Source of the DNA: an uncultured Verrucomicrobiota bacterium
GTDB taxonomy: Bacteria; Verrucomicrobiota; Kiritimatiellia; JAAZAB01
Assembly (NCBI GenBank): GCA_964475405.1
Contig: CAYYWX010000012.1
Coordinates: 2,679 to 66,678 of the forward strand
Length of the DNA stretch: 64,000 nt
Direction: 5' to 3'
How positions within the stretch are numbered: position 1 is the first letter of the stretch; the number at the start of each line of letters is the position of its first letter. The notes beneath the pieces were generated by a model. That model was not told where the DNA came from. It ran no database searches and saw nothing but the letters and a program-made list of their open reading frames with translations. Positions 47,152 through 57,416 of the stretch are shown here, piece after piece. The translations under genes were made by a program, and so were the position numbers.

Positions 47152-48399
47152 TTATTCTTCGCTATATCCGTTTATTACGGAAACAACATATTCCAATTGT
47201 TCCTTTGCCAGGCTGACGTACGCCGGGATGAAAATAGTCTTCGCCTTTATCTGCCGGGCTTGCGGGCAAACAAACTGAAAAGCCCTGAATGCTTCTTCCT
47301 CACAAACACAACTTAACAGCATTTTTGAACAATCTATATTATGTCGGGCGAGATAATTTCTAAACCGGGAAGGATTGTTGACTTGCACGGGAAACAGCCA
47401 AAAAGTATTTTCGGCCTGCCCGTTAACTGTTTGAGGTTTCGTAATATGCGCATTACTAATCTGCTGATAAAGATACAGGCCGTTTTTTATCCGCTTGTCT
47501 TCTCTTTGCTTGAGCGAACGCAACTGACTCAATCCTAAAATCGCCTGCTGCCAGGAAAATTTCTCAAGAAACGTTTTTGGCAACGACGTTCTCAATGAAA
47601 CCGTCTTATTGGTTTTCTGGTATTTGGCAAGATAGTCATCCTTAAATATTGTCAGTTTAATAAGTGGAAACGTAATAAAAGCAAAAAGATTCAGCCGGGT
47701 GATTGTTTTTAAAACTAAATTTTTAAATGCCTCCGCCAGGGGGCCCACGATCGTCATGGCCGGAAGATTGCGGATATCATTTCTAATATCGGCCAGCAAT
47801 TGCTGGTTGGCAGATGTAATCATTCCCCCGTTGATCGTGCAAACCGGCTTTAATAAACTTAAGCTATAGATGGCCGCTTCCCCGAACGTCCCCAACAGTT
47901 TTCCCCCATAGGAACTGCTCACCGCCTGGGAACAATCTTCAATGAACGGAACATTGTGTTTCCGGGCAATGTCCGTAATCGCGGCCATGTCATTGCTATA
48001 GCCGAACAAATGGGTTATCAACATCGCGACGGTCTGACTGGTAATTTTTCTTTCCAGGTCATCAATATCCAGCAGATAACTGTCCTTTTTCAAATCAAAG
48101 ACCACCGGGACAAATCCGGCGAGGCGGATAATATTAATGAAGTCGGCCACATGAATCCCGGATATCATAACCTCACCCCCCGCCTTTAATTTCATATTCC
48201 TCAGCAGATAATAGAAGGCCATGCGGGCCCGGCTGACTGCTATTCCCTGCGGCAAATTATACCTGGCGGCAAACGCCTTTTCAAAGTCTTCAGCAAGCCT
48301 TGCTTGCTCAGCGATGTTTTTGCCTTTAAACATATTGCCGATAAACGACAAAATGTCCTTGAGGGGAATTGTCGGTCGGATTCTGGGTATGGCTTTCAT
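47152..48399 (-). CDS. DegT/DnrJ/EryC1 PLP aminotransferase
   Basis: THLFG, IEDCSQ, S....K motif (SLSLLK), GGM. Confidence 0.88.
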   Translation of the reverse strand: MKAIPRIRPTIPLKDILSFIGNMFKGKNIAEQARLAEDFEKAFAARYNLPQGIAVSRARMAFYYLLRNMKLKAGGEVMISGIHVADFINIIRLAGFVPVVFDLKKDSYLLDIDDLERKITSQTVAMLITHLFGYSNDMAAITDIARKHNVPFIEDCSQAVSSSYGGKLLGTFGEAAIYSLSLLKPVCTINGGMITSANQQLLADIRNDIRNLPAMTIVGPLAEAFKNLVLKTITRLNLFAFITFPLIKLTIFKDDYLAKYQKTNKTVSLRTSLPKTFLEKFSWQQAILGLSQLRSLKQREDKRIKNGLYLYQQISNAHITKPQTVNGQAENTFWLFPVQVNNPSRFRNYLARHNIDCSKMLLSCVCEEEAFRAFQFVCPQARQIKAKTIFIPAYVSLAKEQLEYVVSVINGYSEE

Positions 48400-48413
48400 A
48401 TGATCTAAATCGT

Positions 48414-49409
48414 TTATTCTTTAATAAACAAAAACCGGATATCAAGTTTTGAATAAAGTTGCCTTATCAACTCTGAAAGGATTTTATCCGACTCCGGCCA
48501 GGCTGAGTAGTTTTCAAAATCCATCCACGGGATCGCCCTCTTTTTCTTGATTTTTTCGGGAAGACCATAGCCTGCGACAATGACGTTATCGGTTATTTTT
48601 AATGAAGCCTGATCATGATAGACGAAGATGTTTTTTCCCTTATATATTCCAGGAGGTGATAGCGACAGATCCTGGAAAGACAGGTCAGGTTCTGCCAAGA
48701 ACCGTTCAAGCATAATGGCTGAATTACCATCCGTTTCCTGAATAACCATTGCAAGGACGTTGTTCATATACTGCAGGACATCCTGCGGGCTTCGCTTGAC
48801 GATCTTTTCTTCTATCGGCCTGGCGTCATATTTATAAGCAGAAGATTTGATAAAACTATTTCCAGGGATATTGCCGGTCAAAACCGCCCCCGGCGTTATG
48901 ATAGTACGCGCTCCAATCGTAGTGCCGGGCAGTATTACCGTTGCCATGCCGGTCCAGGAGTATTCGCCCATGACCACATCACCTTTTTTTGCAGGATATC
49001 CTTGGAGACTCGGCAAATAATGACCATGCGTATAAATAGTGTTTCGCGGCCCAAAGCAGGAATAATCTTTCATAATAACGGAACAATGCGGAGAACATTC
49101 TATAAGGCATTGCACCGAAACAAGATTTCTACTTTCAGCCCGGAAACTTCCTTTCCCGTAAATTTTCGTAAAATAGGCAATGCGGCACTTTTCCCCCAAC
49201 TTAAATTCTTTTAGAAACACGATCATTGTCAAAGGGTCAACACAAGCATCATCGGCAATATCCAGATGATCAACCATGACAAAACTGAACATCCCTATTT
49301 TAACCCTTTTCCCGACTTTGAAACCGATCCATCGCCATATTAATATTTTAAGAAAATCAGGAACAAAGAACGCCATTAATTGCATAAGATATTTAATTTT
49401 ACGTTTCAT
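48414..49409 (-). CDS. Left-handed beta-helix (hexapeptide) acyltransferase with an extra C-terminal domain
   Basis: VGKRVKIG, YTHGH, DVVMGEYSWTG..TVILPGTTIG. Confidence 0.8.
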   Translation of the reverse strand: MKRKIKYLMQLMAFFVPDFLKILIWRWIGFKVGKRVKIGMFSFVMVDHLDIADDACVDPLTMIVFLKEFKLGEKCRIAYFTKIYGKGSFRAESRNLVSVQCLIECSPHCSVIMKDYSCFGPRNTIYTHGHYLPSLQGYPAKKGDVVMGEYSWTGMATVILPGTTIGARTIITPGAVLTGNIPGNSFIKSSAYKYDARPIEEKIVKRSPQDVLQYMNNVLAMVIQETDGNSAIMLERFLAEPDLSFQDLSLSPPGIYKGKNIFVYHDQASLKITDNVIVAGYGLPEKIKKKRAIPWMDFENYSAWPESDKILSELIRQLYSKLDIRFLFIKE

Positions 49410-49450
49410 ATTTATATTTTATCCAGATACAAAGAACCGTTTATAAAGAA

Positions 49451-50350
49451 TTAGAGTGCCTTCTTAATCCAATCTCTTCGGCCGGATGAAATCCGGATAA
49501 CGTCCGCAAGCACGCCCAGCGCCATCAGAAGCGTAACCGTCGTGCCAAAAATCATGTAATAAAGAGATAGAGTGTGCATCCTGAAAAGGGCCAGGAACAT
49601 GGCGGGAATACAGACAACCAGGATCATACCAAACGAGAGCAGTATGAAAAATTTGATAGGATTAAAAAAGGTTATGCCCTGCACAATATATTGGACGGTT
49701 CTCATGGAATCACGAAGATGATGCACCTTGCTGGTCCCTTTGCGCGGATGATATTGGATGGGGATATACTTCACAAAACAAGCCTTGCCCATAGCAAGGA
49801 TCGTCAGGCTGGTTGTAAACGAAAAAGTGCCGCACAAGAACGGAAAGAGGTCAATGGCCAGTTCCCGCCGGAACACGCGAAAACCGCTATTCGCGTCTTC
49901 AATGCTTGTCTTTATAACCAGTTTTAAAATCGTCTTAAATATCCGGCGAAATATTTTTTTGAGAAACTTGTCCAACTCCCCGGTGTTCATGCGTGTGCCG
50001 ATAACCATGTCAAAACCATTTTGCATTTCACCGATCAGCCTGGGAATGTCTTCTATCGGATAACTCCCGTCCGCATCAACGATTCCGATCCATTCATATT
50101 GCGCGTTTCTTATTCCCGTCTTTAACGCATTTCCATATCCAGTATTAACCGGGTGGCTGATAAGCTTTACATTTTTAAACTGTTCCACCAGTTCTTTTGT
50201 CCTGTCACACGAGCCGTCGTTAACGACAATAATTTCATAAGGCATATTTAACCCTGCAAGCGTGCTGATCAAGCGTTGCAGGGCGTTTGAAATACCCTGT
50301 TCTTCATTATAAGCAGGCATGACGTATGAAATTCCAGGATTATTGATCAT
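49451..50350 (-). CDS. GT2 polyprenol-phosphate sugar synthase (ArnC/GtrB/DPM1-like)
   Basis: PAYNEE, NDGSCD, N.GYG, DADGSY, DANSGFR; two C-terminal TMs. Confidence 0.9.
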   Translation of the reverse strand: MINNPGISYVMPAYNEEQGISNALQRLISTLAGLNMPYEIIVVNDGSCDRTKELVEQFKNVKLISHPVNTGYGNALKTGIRNAQYEWIGIVDADGSYPIEDIPRLIGEMQNGFDMVIGTRMNTGELDKFLKKIFRRIFKTILKLVIKTSIEDANSGFRVFRRELAIDLFPFLCGTFSFTTSLTILAMGKACFVKYIPIQYHPRKGTSKVHHLRDSMRTVQYIVQGITFFNPIKFFILLSFGMILVVCIPAMFLALFRMHTLSLYYMIFGTTVTLLMALGVLADVIRISSGRRDWIKKAL

Positions 50351-51930
50351 GGTAACGACGCCTCCCTGTTGAGATTGCCTGATTTCTTGTTATCTGACTT
50401 GAATGAATGCGCGTTGAACGCGGTGTTTCTTAACCGCCTGGTAATGATTTTATAGAGGCTATATTCCACAAGCCCTTGATAGATGCCGTGCTTTAGGCGA
50501 AAACGCGCGATAGGGCCATACATGGCATTAAGCGCGCGGAGAAGCTTGTAGAAGACCGTATGGCCTGAAGTAACTTTGTTGATTTTATTATCTACAAAAT
50601 AGGATGCTATCAGAAGTAAATCGCAAAATCCTTTCATACCCCGCGGATACCATGGCGCCGAAAGATCGCCTTCCACCTCAACATTCCCCCATTCTTCCAT
50701 GGTTTTGGGAAAATCATAATGCCAGCATTTACGAGCCAATTCAAATAACTCCGTTCCCGGGATCGGCCTGAACTTATTCGGCTGAAAAATGATGCAGCGC
50801 GGATTGTCTTTCACCAGGCGAAACATCAAATCCCGGGTCGCTTTTAAATCAGCCATGGTCTCGGTGGGAAGGCCGACGATAAAATTATAGGCGGCGATGA
50901 TCTTCGGATGTCTGGCCAGTTTCTGGTTGCACGCGATGATATCATCCACCGTGCAATTCTTATGGATGAGCTCTAAAATCCTGTCGCTCCCGCTCTCCAC
51001 GCCGATATGCAAGATGTCGGCCCCCGCTCCAGCCAGCTTATCCAGGAAAGCGTCGGTCATTCGTTTGATTTCATTGATCCGGGCGCCTCGAAAACCCAGC
51101 TCTATCTTTATTCCGCGGCGATTGATCTCATCCATGATGCTTTCCACATGCTGTAAATCCACGAAGGAGTCATCATCTATGAAATAGATATAGGTCGCGT
51201 CATATCGCCTGATAACATATTCAATATGATCCACAACTTCCCGGACATTGAGCGGAACCCATTGTTTGCCGATGATTTGCGCATATTCCGCGGGGGCGCT
51301 GCAAAACGCGCATTTATAGGGGCATCCCAAAGCGCTATACATGGAGAAGATTGTCTTTTTCTGATCCAGTTGACCATATACCGAATAATCCCTGATAAGA
51401 TCATAGGGGATTTCACGATAATTGACCTGCTCGAACCGTGTGTCATCACGAGGATTATGAACGATTATATTGTCTTTCCGGTAGGTAACACCCTTGATCG
51501 CGGAAGGCTCCTTACCGCTCATAAGGCTTGAAACCAGATTGTAAAAGGACTGCACCGCGTAGCCGCTGACCACGAAATCACACGACCATTCCTGCTCCAA
51601 AATAGTTTCAGGAAAAAAGGTCGCGTGCGGCCCGCCCCATACCACGCTGATTTCCGGATTGACGGATTTTACCAGCCGGCCGATTTCAACCGCGTTCAGA
51701 ATCGGTTTACCCGACATCACGCTTATACCGACCGCGAGCACATCAGGAGTCAAGAGATCGCGCAAGCGCTCCATCCACGAAGTTGGACAAAGCCGATTAT
51801 CCAAAATTTCTACCGCGATGCCGTGCTTGACCAGTTCAATTGAAGCATAAAGCAGGCTTAAGGGAGCATGACTCACGAATGTACCCGAAAAGCCCTGCCT
51901 GGGGTAGACCATGATGACTTTGTTTCGCAT
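50347..51930 (-). CDS. Cobalamin-dependent radical SAM enzyme
   Basis: B12-binding N-domain (PLSL...GIS...WGGPHAT), GCPYKCAFC, GVESGS, GLPTET, PIPGTEL. Confidence 0.92.
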   Translation of the reverse strand: MRNKVIMVYPRQGFSGTFVSHAPLSLLYASIELVKHGIAVEILDNRLCPTSWMERLRDLLTPDVLAVGISVMSGKPILNAVEIGRLVKSVNPEISVVWGGPHATFFPETILEQEWSCDFVVSGYAVQSFYNLVSSLMSGKEPSAIKGVTYRKDNIIVHNPRDDTRFEQVNYREIPYDLIRDYSVYGQLDQKKTIFSMYSALGCPYKCAFCSAPAEYAQIIGKQWVPLNVREVVDHIEYVIRRYDATYIYFIDDDSFVDLQHVESIMDEINRRGIKIELGFRGARINEIKRMTDAFLDKLAGAGADILHIGVESGSDRILELIHKNCTVDDIIACNQKLARHPKIIAAYNFIVGLPTETMADLKATRDLMFRLVKDNPRCIIFQPNKFRPIPGTELFELARKCWHYDFPKTMEEWGNVEVEGDLSAPWYPRGMKGFCDLLLIASYFVDNKINKVTSGHTVFYKLLRALNAMYGPIARFRLKHGIYQGLVEYSLYKIITRRLRNTAFNAHSFKSDNKKSGNLNREASLP

Positions 51931-51960
51931 AAACTTATTTAACCTGTTCCGGACACTTGA

Positions 51961-52009
51961 AACCCGGACATTTCATGAGCTGTAACCCGTTCGTGAAATA
52001 TGCGGGTTA
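51961..52009. repeat. About 50-bp internally deleted relative of the MITE
   Basis: AACCCGGACATTTCATG...CGTGAAATATGCGGGTTA; termini resemble those of 1408-1754 and 2452-2663. Confidence 0.55.
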
Positions 52010-52010
52010 A

Positions 52011-55000
52011 TCATATCTTTAAGACCGTGAATAGCCTGCCCCTGAAGATTTCGCCATAGCCAATTTTGATAAATCTGGCGGCGTCATCATTGCGAACCAG
52101 CAAAATACTGTCTGCCGGCAATTCAGACTTGCAATTCACTTCAGCTTTCATGCATTTTTTCCAAACAGGCTCTCGTTCTGCATAAAATGAGTCGTATTGC
52201 TGATAGTGACGATGAAAATAAGAATAGGTTTTGGAGAGAGAAGGAACTGTGTAATAACAGGAATAATCTGCAAGAACACATAAATATTTATCTCTTGAAT
52301 ATTCGTTTAAAAACTTCAGCTCAGGTAAATTGGCCAAATAGCTTATATCCAAAAAGTTTCCCTGATTATACGTAATCGCGAATACCGCGGATTTCACCTG
52401 CGGCAACCATTGCTTATGGCTGGACAACGCCAATAACAAGAAGATAACAGGGGCCATATATATGAATTTAGCCAGGCTGATTAAATATTTTTTAATAAAG
52501 CCGAAAACATAAAACAAGCTTACCGATAAGATTATTGCGGCAAATGTAAACGTGATGGCCCGCAGGTATATTTCAATACGTACAATAGGCACATTTGTCA
52601 TCAGCGGCGTGAATATCATGTCTGAAATGGGATTATAACTGAACAAAAGCATCAGCACGATAATCAAATATGTTGTGCTGAATAATCGGACAGATAGTTT
52701 CCTGCCCGGAAATATCACCAAGAGCAGCCCTCCCCATATCGCGACGGCATACCAAATATAGGAATTTATGGCTTTCAACAGATCTTTCAATATATAATAA
52801 AATCTCTCAAGAAGAGTTTTATCCTCATACCGCAAGCTATAAAAAAAATTGCGCCAATCGCTTGAGATGGCAATATCACCCAACGCCAAATGGGATGTTA
52901 TGATATAGCCTGCCGCGCCCAACAAGGCAATGGTTGCAAGTAGATAGACCTGCATGCGGCCAAAACGAAATTTACCACCCTTCCATAACGAAAGCACAAT
53001 AAGCAAGGACATAACAAGAGCATTGATAAAGACGAACTCCATGTGAAAAAAAGCCATGACCAGGCTCAGTCCGCAGAACAAGAACAGATCCGCGGAATGC
53101 CTGAGATTGATGGCGCGAATCCCCAAAACTATATAAATTGCGTACAAAACAAATTCATGAACAGAAGGTCCATACATGATAAAGTTAAACTCTGTTCTTT
53201 GAAAGCAAGGAGCGAATGTCGCCAGCGATCTCGCTACATAAATAATTATGATGATCGCAAAAGCCGATATCTTTATTTTCCTTGAATCTACAAACAAGCC
53301 GATCAACCACCACTGGGCTATGGACATGAGCAGGACAAGCAGGCTGTTGCCAACGCAATAAACAGTCCCGATGTCAAGACTGCTGATCTTCACCACCATC
53401 CCCACCGCCATCCCCCAAATATTATAAGCATATGGCGCTACCGTGCGCATGGTCGCCCCGTATAAATTGGGGTGAATATCGCCGGAAACAGGAAGCGCGA
53501 AATTTTTTGCGGCAAAAGAGATATGATGAAAGCTGTCAAAACTTTCCGCGTGAAACCTGGTTGAAAAAAGAGCATGGACGGCCAAGAGCCCCACAAATCC
53601 CCATAACGCAAATTGAAAAGTTTTCCAGAACGGCGAAAGCTCGTCCTTTACCGTTTCCTTTTTCTGCCCAACCGGTTGTTTGAGAAAACCCGGCACAATC
53701 AAAAGAATAGCCGCTACAATAATGGGCCAATAACTTGTCTTGACCAGAAAAAGACCGAGCGCTGGAATCAGCCAGTAAACGAGACTCAAGACAAAAGCTA
53801 AAATTGTCCGGCCTGAAGAGGTTTCATTGACATAGCCGGGGTAATAGCGAGATATGATTACTCCGGGGAGCAGAAAAACCATGATAAAGGCCGCAACAAT
53901 GACAACAAACTGGAATCCCGGGTAACCGGGGGCGAAATATCGCGCAAGACCGAAAATTATAATCACGCTTAATATGCGCGCCCAACGGGGGATTGCACTC
54001 ATCCATCGAGGCATTATTGATTCCGGCAAGATCAGCCATGCCGTGCAGGCAAATAAAAGAAACAGCAACGTTATAAGCGTTAAGGAAAACGCCCGTGGCG
54101 TCCAGGGATTATTATTGACCTGCATCAACCCAATATATGGATCCGCATTCAGAAGGAGGGAAGCCAACCCCGGCCTCAAGGAAAACGTTCCGGAATCCGG
54201 AATATATGTGAATTTGTACCAGGATACATGGCCATAGACGGGATGTTCGGGAAGTTTAATGACCACCGCGCCGTCATTCCGTCCGGATATTTCCCCTTGC
54301 TCTTTCCCGGCTTCCAGTAACGCTGAAAAAGAAAAACTGCCTTTAATAAAGACATCTTCAACCGCGTTCGATTTGTCAAGACTACTTTGGAAACCGGATC
54401 GGGAAAAGATGCCGGCAAGTTCATTCAAGACAACCCGGTTGCTGGCAATCGGTTTCTTCGTTTGCAGACCAAGAACATCATTTCGCTTTATAGTCAGCGG
54501 ACTTTCTTCAAAGAATGTATTTAATCCTTTCCGGGCATTACGCGAAGGAGAGGAATTGATAAGTTGATATCTTTTTGCATCTTCGTCATACCTGAACACT
54601 GCTATCCGCACCTCGTTGTTGTCTTCCTTTGATACTACCTTCCAGAACTTTATGGCCCCATCCATGTAACAAGTTTTGTTATTATCTATAATGGTCAGTC
54701 CGTCGGCAAACGGCGCAATTCCAATGTCCCTGACCTTCGTTCCGCTTAGCAGGGACGGGAAGATCGTATTCACATCCGGCAAGACGATTACTCCAATCTC
54801 AGCATATTTTTCAACAGTGTACTTGAGTCGCGCGTTACTTGCGTCTGCACTCTTGAGATCAAGAAACGCTTCGTCATCGTTGCCATTTTGTGACTGAACC
54901 CATCTTGTGGTAATTTTTCCGGGGGCAAGTTTTATAGAGTTGATAGTGCAGAAAGAATGGTATAGCGCTAACAGCAACACGATGACTACTGATAATATCC

Positions 55001-55025
55001 CGCATTTTACGTATATTGATTTCAT
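52011..55025 (-). CDS. 1004-aa membrane protein: periplasmic beta-rich domain plus polytopic probable GT-C domain
   Basis: N-terminal anchor, about 280-aa soluble domain, many TMs, FDSFHH loop analogous to SDAWEH of 23610-25865. Confidence 0.65.
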   Translation of the reverse strand: MKSIYVKCGILSVVIVLLLALYHSFCTINSIKLAPGKITTRWVQSQNGNDDEAFLDLKSADASNARLKYTVEKYAEIGVIVLPDVNTIFPSLLSGTKVRDIGIAPFADGLTIIDNNKTCYMDGAIKFWKVVSKEDNNEVRIAVFRYDEDAKRYQLINSSPSRNARKGLNTFFEESPLTIKRNDVLGLQTKKPIASNRVVLNELAGIFSRSGFQSSLDKSNAVEDVFIKGSFSFSALLEAGKEQGEISGRNDGAVVIKLPEHPVYGHVSWYKFTYIPDSGTFSLRPGLASLLLNADPYIGLMQVNNNPWTPRAFSLTLITLLFLLFACTAWLILPESIMPRWMSAIPRWARILSVIIIFGLARYFAPGYPGFQFVVIVAAFIMVFLLPGVIISRYYPGYVNETSSGRTILAFVLSLVYWLIPALGLFLVKTSYWPIIVAAILLIVPGFLKQPVGQKKETVKDELSPFWKTFQFALWGFVGLLAVHALFSTRFHAESFDSFHHISFAAKNFALPVSGDIHPNLYGATMRTVAPYAYNIWGMAVGMVVKISSLDIGTVYCVGNSLLVLLMSIAQWWLIGLFVDSRKIKISAFAIIIIIYVARSLATFAPCFQRTEFNFIMYGPSVHEFVLYAIYIVLGIRAINLRHSADLFLFCGLSLVMAFFHMEFVFINALVMSLLIVLSLWKGGKFRFGRMQVYLLATIALLGAAGYIITSHLALGDIAISSDWRNFFYSLRYEDKTLLERFYYILKDLLKAINSYIWYAVAIWGGLLLVIFPGRKLSVRLFSTTYLIIVLMLLFSYNPISDMIFTPLMTNVPIVRIEIYLRAITFTFAAIILSVSLFYVFGFIKKYLISLAKFIYMAPVIFLLLALSSHKQWLPQVKSAVFAITYNQGNFLDISYLANLPELKFLNEYSRDKYLCVLADYSCYYTVPSLSKTYSYFHRHYQQYDSFYAEREPVWKKCMKAEVNCKSELPADSILLVRNDDAARFIKIGYGEIFRGRLFTVLKI

Positions 55026-55076
55026 TGCCGAATAAGCTTTGTTACTTTATACCGATAAAAGAAATTTATTCCTTCG

Positions 55077-56654
55077 TTATTCCACCCCGGCCATTTGCAT
55101 TGCCAATGCCGATATGCGCGGTGCCGCCTGGCCATCCGGCTTATAAACCAACTCCTCAAGAAAATGCCGCCGGGCAGGCTCCAGTTCATTCAGTAATCGT
55201 TCGCGTTGGCCATTGATGGCTTCCTTTAATTTGCGCTCCAGTTCTTCCCCCGACTGAACCACAACCGCGACATTGTTTTTGAGATACATATCATCCCACC
55301 AGACCAGTCCCGGAAAGGACGGGAAGATGACAAGCTTGCGGGCAACCAGAGCATCCATGGTGGCCGTGCTGCCCAGGGTAATAAAAACATCACAGGCTTT
55401 GGTCAATTCGCGAATATCGTCGCTTCGTTCAACAAAAACAACATTACGGCATCCCGCCGCAAGTTGTTTTGTCTCCTGCACGTCTTCCAAAGGATGCGGC
55501 TTGACGACCAGAGATATTCCCTCTATCCGATCTGCTGCTACAAAAATTGCCCGCTTGACCGCCCTCTGCGCGCCGGGAAAATCGCCGAACTCGCTGTAAT
55601 TGCCCAGCAAATATTGGGACGCGAACAAGACCATACCCCGGCCAGCGGGTATGCCAAGACGCGAACGGACTGCGTCAATCCGGCTACGATCCGGATTTAT
55701 CATGCCGTCAAAACGCGGCGAACCGGTTATATTTATGCGATCCTCTGGAACAGAATGCGTCTTCGTAAACAATCTAAGCGCGCTCCCCCCCCAGACAGCC
55801 AGCTTGTCCGCCGCAAAGAACTGCCACTCCACGGAATCCTCGGCATATAATCCGAACTGGACTTCCAGAGAAGGAATTTTCAGCAATCGGCCTGCTAAAC
55901 AAAAAAGCCGGGCGCGCGGATCAGCTACATCAGACGATATAATAACTTTGGGCCGGTGTTTTTGCAGAATATGCCGTGTCAAGGCAATGTGGGGCGTCAA
56001 GGACGGCAGGTGAACACTGAAAAGCCATTTAAAGGTATTTTCTACTTTTGGCCATAATGATTTTCCTTCAGTGTCGGTAATAAGTTCGGGCAGGTTTGCC
56101 AGCCTGTTGAGATAATTCAACGCAACGTTCAGTTCATGCCGGATTTTCAATTCGTCGGTTTTTACGCGGTTATCCCAATGCTCCCAGACGGACTGGACTC
56201 CCTCTCCATGCAATTTAACCGCCGTTGCCTGAAAACGACCGTCATCATGCAGGGCAACACAATTCATGGAATGGTTTTCTCTCAGGCAACGCGCCACAGG
56301 CTCAAGCACGTCCCGATACATATATCCGCTGAAACCCAGCAACAGGCAGGTTTTGTCTCCCGGCCAACATGAGCATCCCGTGGAATTACGTGGAAATGGC
56401 GCAAACTCTCGTAATTGCCGTTTTACCCGTGATAAGCAAGGCCTGATCCTACGCGAAAAAAAAGAGAGGGGTTCTTTTCGGGCCAGGTCTTTTGGAAAAC
56501 AAAATGCCGCGAGAACCGGCGCCGCCATGTCCCATAGCGAAATACCGTCAACAGTCAACATTTCCCTCAATGTCTTGCCATTCGGCAGAGGCGCTTGCCC
56601 CCAACGTTTGACTAAATTCGCCGCGATTTGAAGCGTATCAAGGGTGGTGTTCAT
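55077..56654 (-). CDS. GT-B surface-carbohydrate protein, candidate nonulosonate (legionaminate) transferase
   Basis: QFG motif, TGSPRFD, VVKPHP, STATMDAL; next to the Leg pathway. Confidence 0.6.
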   Translation of the reverse strand: MNTTLDTLQIAANLVKRWGQAPLPNGKTLREMLTVDGISLWDMAAPVLAAFCFPKDLARKEPLSFFSRRIRPCLSRVKRQLREFAPFPRNSTGCSCWPGDKTCLLLGFSGYMYRDVLEPVARCLRENHSMNCVALHDDGRFQATAVKLHGEGVQSVWEHWDNRVKTDELKIRHELNVALNYLNRLANLPELITDTEGKSLWPKVENTFKWLFSVHLPSLTPHIALTRHILQKHRPKVIISSDVADPRARLFCLAGRLLKIPSLEVQFGLYAEDSVEWQFFAADKLAVWGGSALRLFTKTHSVPEDRINITGSPRFDGMINPDRSRIDAVRSRLGIPAGRGMVLFASQYLLGNYSEFGDFPGAQRAVKRAIFVAADRIEGISLVVKPHPLEDVQETKQLAAGCRNVVFVERSDDIRELTKACDVFITLGSTATMDALVARKLVIFPSFPGLVWWDDMYLKNNVAVVVQSGEELERKLKEAINGQRERLLNELEPARRHFLEELVYKPDGQAAPRISALAMQMAGVE

Positions 56655-56685
56655 TTAAGGGTAACCCGGCAGAGTCGGTTACTTC

Positions 56686-56737
56686 CAGAAGTCAGAGATC
56701 AGAGGTCAAAAATCAGAATATTTTCATTCTGATCTCT
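56686..56737. repeat. Inverted 7-mer arrays (TCAGAGG-type)
   Basis: cagaagt cagagat cagaggt caaaaat cagaat ... attctgatctct. Confidence 0.65.
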
Positions 56738-57220
56738 CCAAGAGTGTCTTCAGGAATATGCGGTCAGGCCCGTCCTTTTCCCGCACGGTCTGCTTCATCT
56801 TCCAAAGCATGCGCGCAGATGCAAATGGCACGCGCACTCCGCGAAAATCAGCCCACACGATGTCTTTGCTGCTCTGGTCATAATCTACGCCGCAGGCGTT
56901 TTCATAAGATCCACGACAATTTCATCAGCCACGCGCACGACGGTGTATTGCTCTACATCACCATCATTCAATTCGAGCGCAGCATGATCCGGTAATGCCG
57001 CCGCCAAGGCCCGCTTAACACGTTCAACGTTTTGCGGCGTTGCGTCAATTAACAAATCCACGTCTTCTGTGGCGCGAACAAATCCGTGGTGAATCATGGC
57101 CATCCCGCCCACCACGATAAAACGAGCGCCGGCGTTGTTTAGCGCCCGGCAAACCTCGATCAGGTCGTTGATGGTCGGCGGCCGGGATTCCTTGGGCGCG
57201 TGAGCATTTTGAGGTTCCAT
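56724..57220 (-). pseudogene. Nucleotidyltransferase (DUF6036/AbiEii-like) with a 1-nt deletion frameshift
   Basis: VGG.A..HG..RATEDVDL; adding one base in the run at 56899-56902 restores ACGVDY...KQTVREKD..DR..L up to TGA at 56724. Confidence 0.85.
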
Positions 57221-57387
57221 TGCTGTGCCTTTTTAAAAGAATCAAAACGATACACGCCCCGCGGAATAAAGGGCAAGTTTCCACGCAAGGAAATTGCCAG
57301 TTCTTGCAGGATTGCGCCGGCGCTCCAACCACGCGCCGGAGAGCGCGTTCCAACGATTTTCATATCCCCAGTTTGAATTTGTTTCAT
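57160..57387 (-). CDS. Small partner protein of the nucleotidyltransferase
   Basis: PRGVYRFDSF..AQQW motif; overlaps the NTase start. Confidence 0.7.
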   Translation of the reverse strand: MKQIQTGDMKIVGTRSPARGWSAGAILQELAISLRGNLPFIPRGVYRFDSFKKAQQWNLKMLTRPRNPGRRPSTT

Positions 57388-57416
57388 TGCCGAAAAATAT
57401 ACCGTATTCGTCAAAA

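Noticed and set aside
44080-51930. RiPP (lasso/ranthipeptide) cluster suggested by AsnB plus rSAM-SPASM
   Set aside because: AsnB keeps its N-terminal Cys glutaminase domain; no precursor peptide, RRE or peptidase seen; the context is sugar biosynthesis
56890-56910. Programmed -1 frameshift in the NTase
   Set aside because: Only an A4 run, no X XXY YYZ heptamer or evident stimulator
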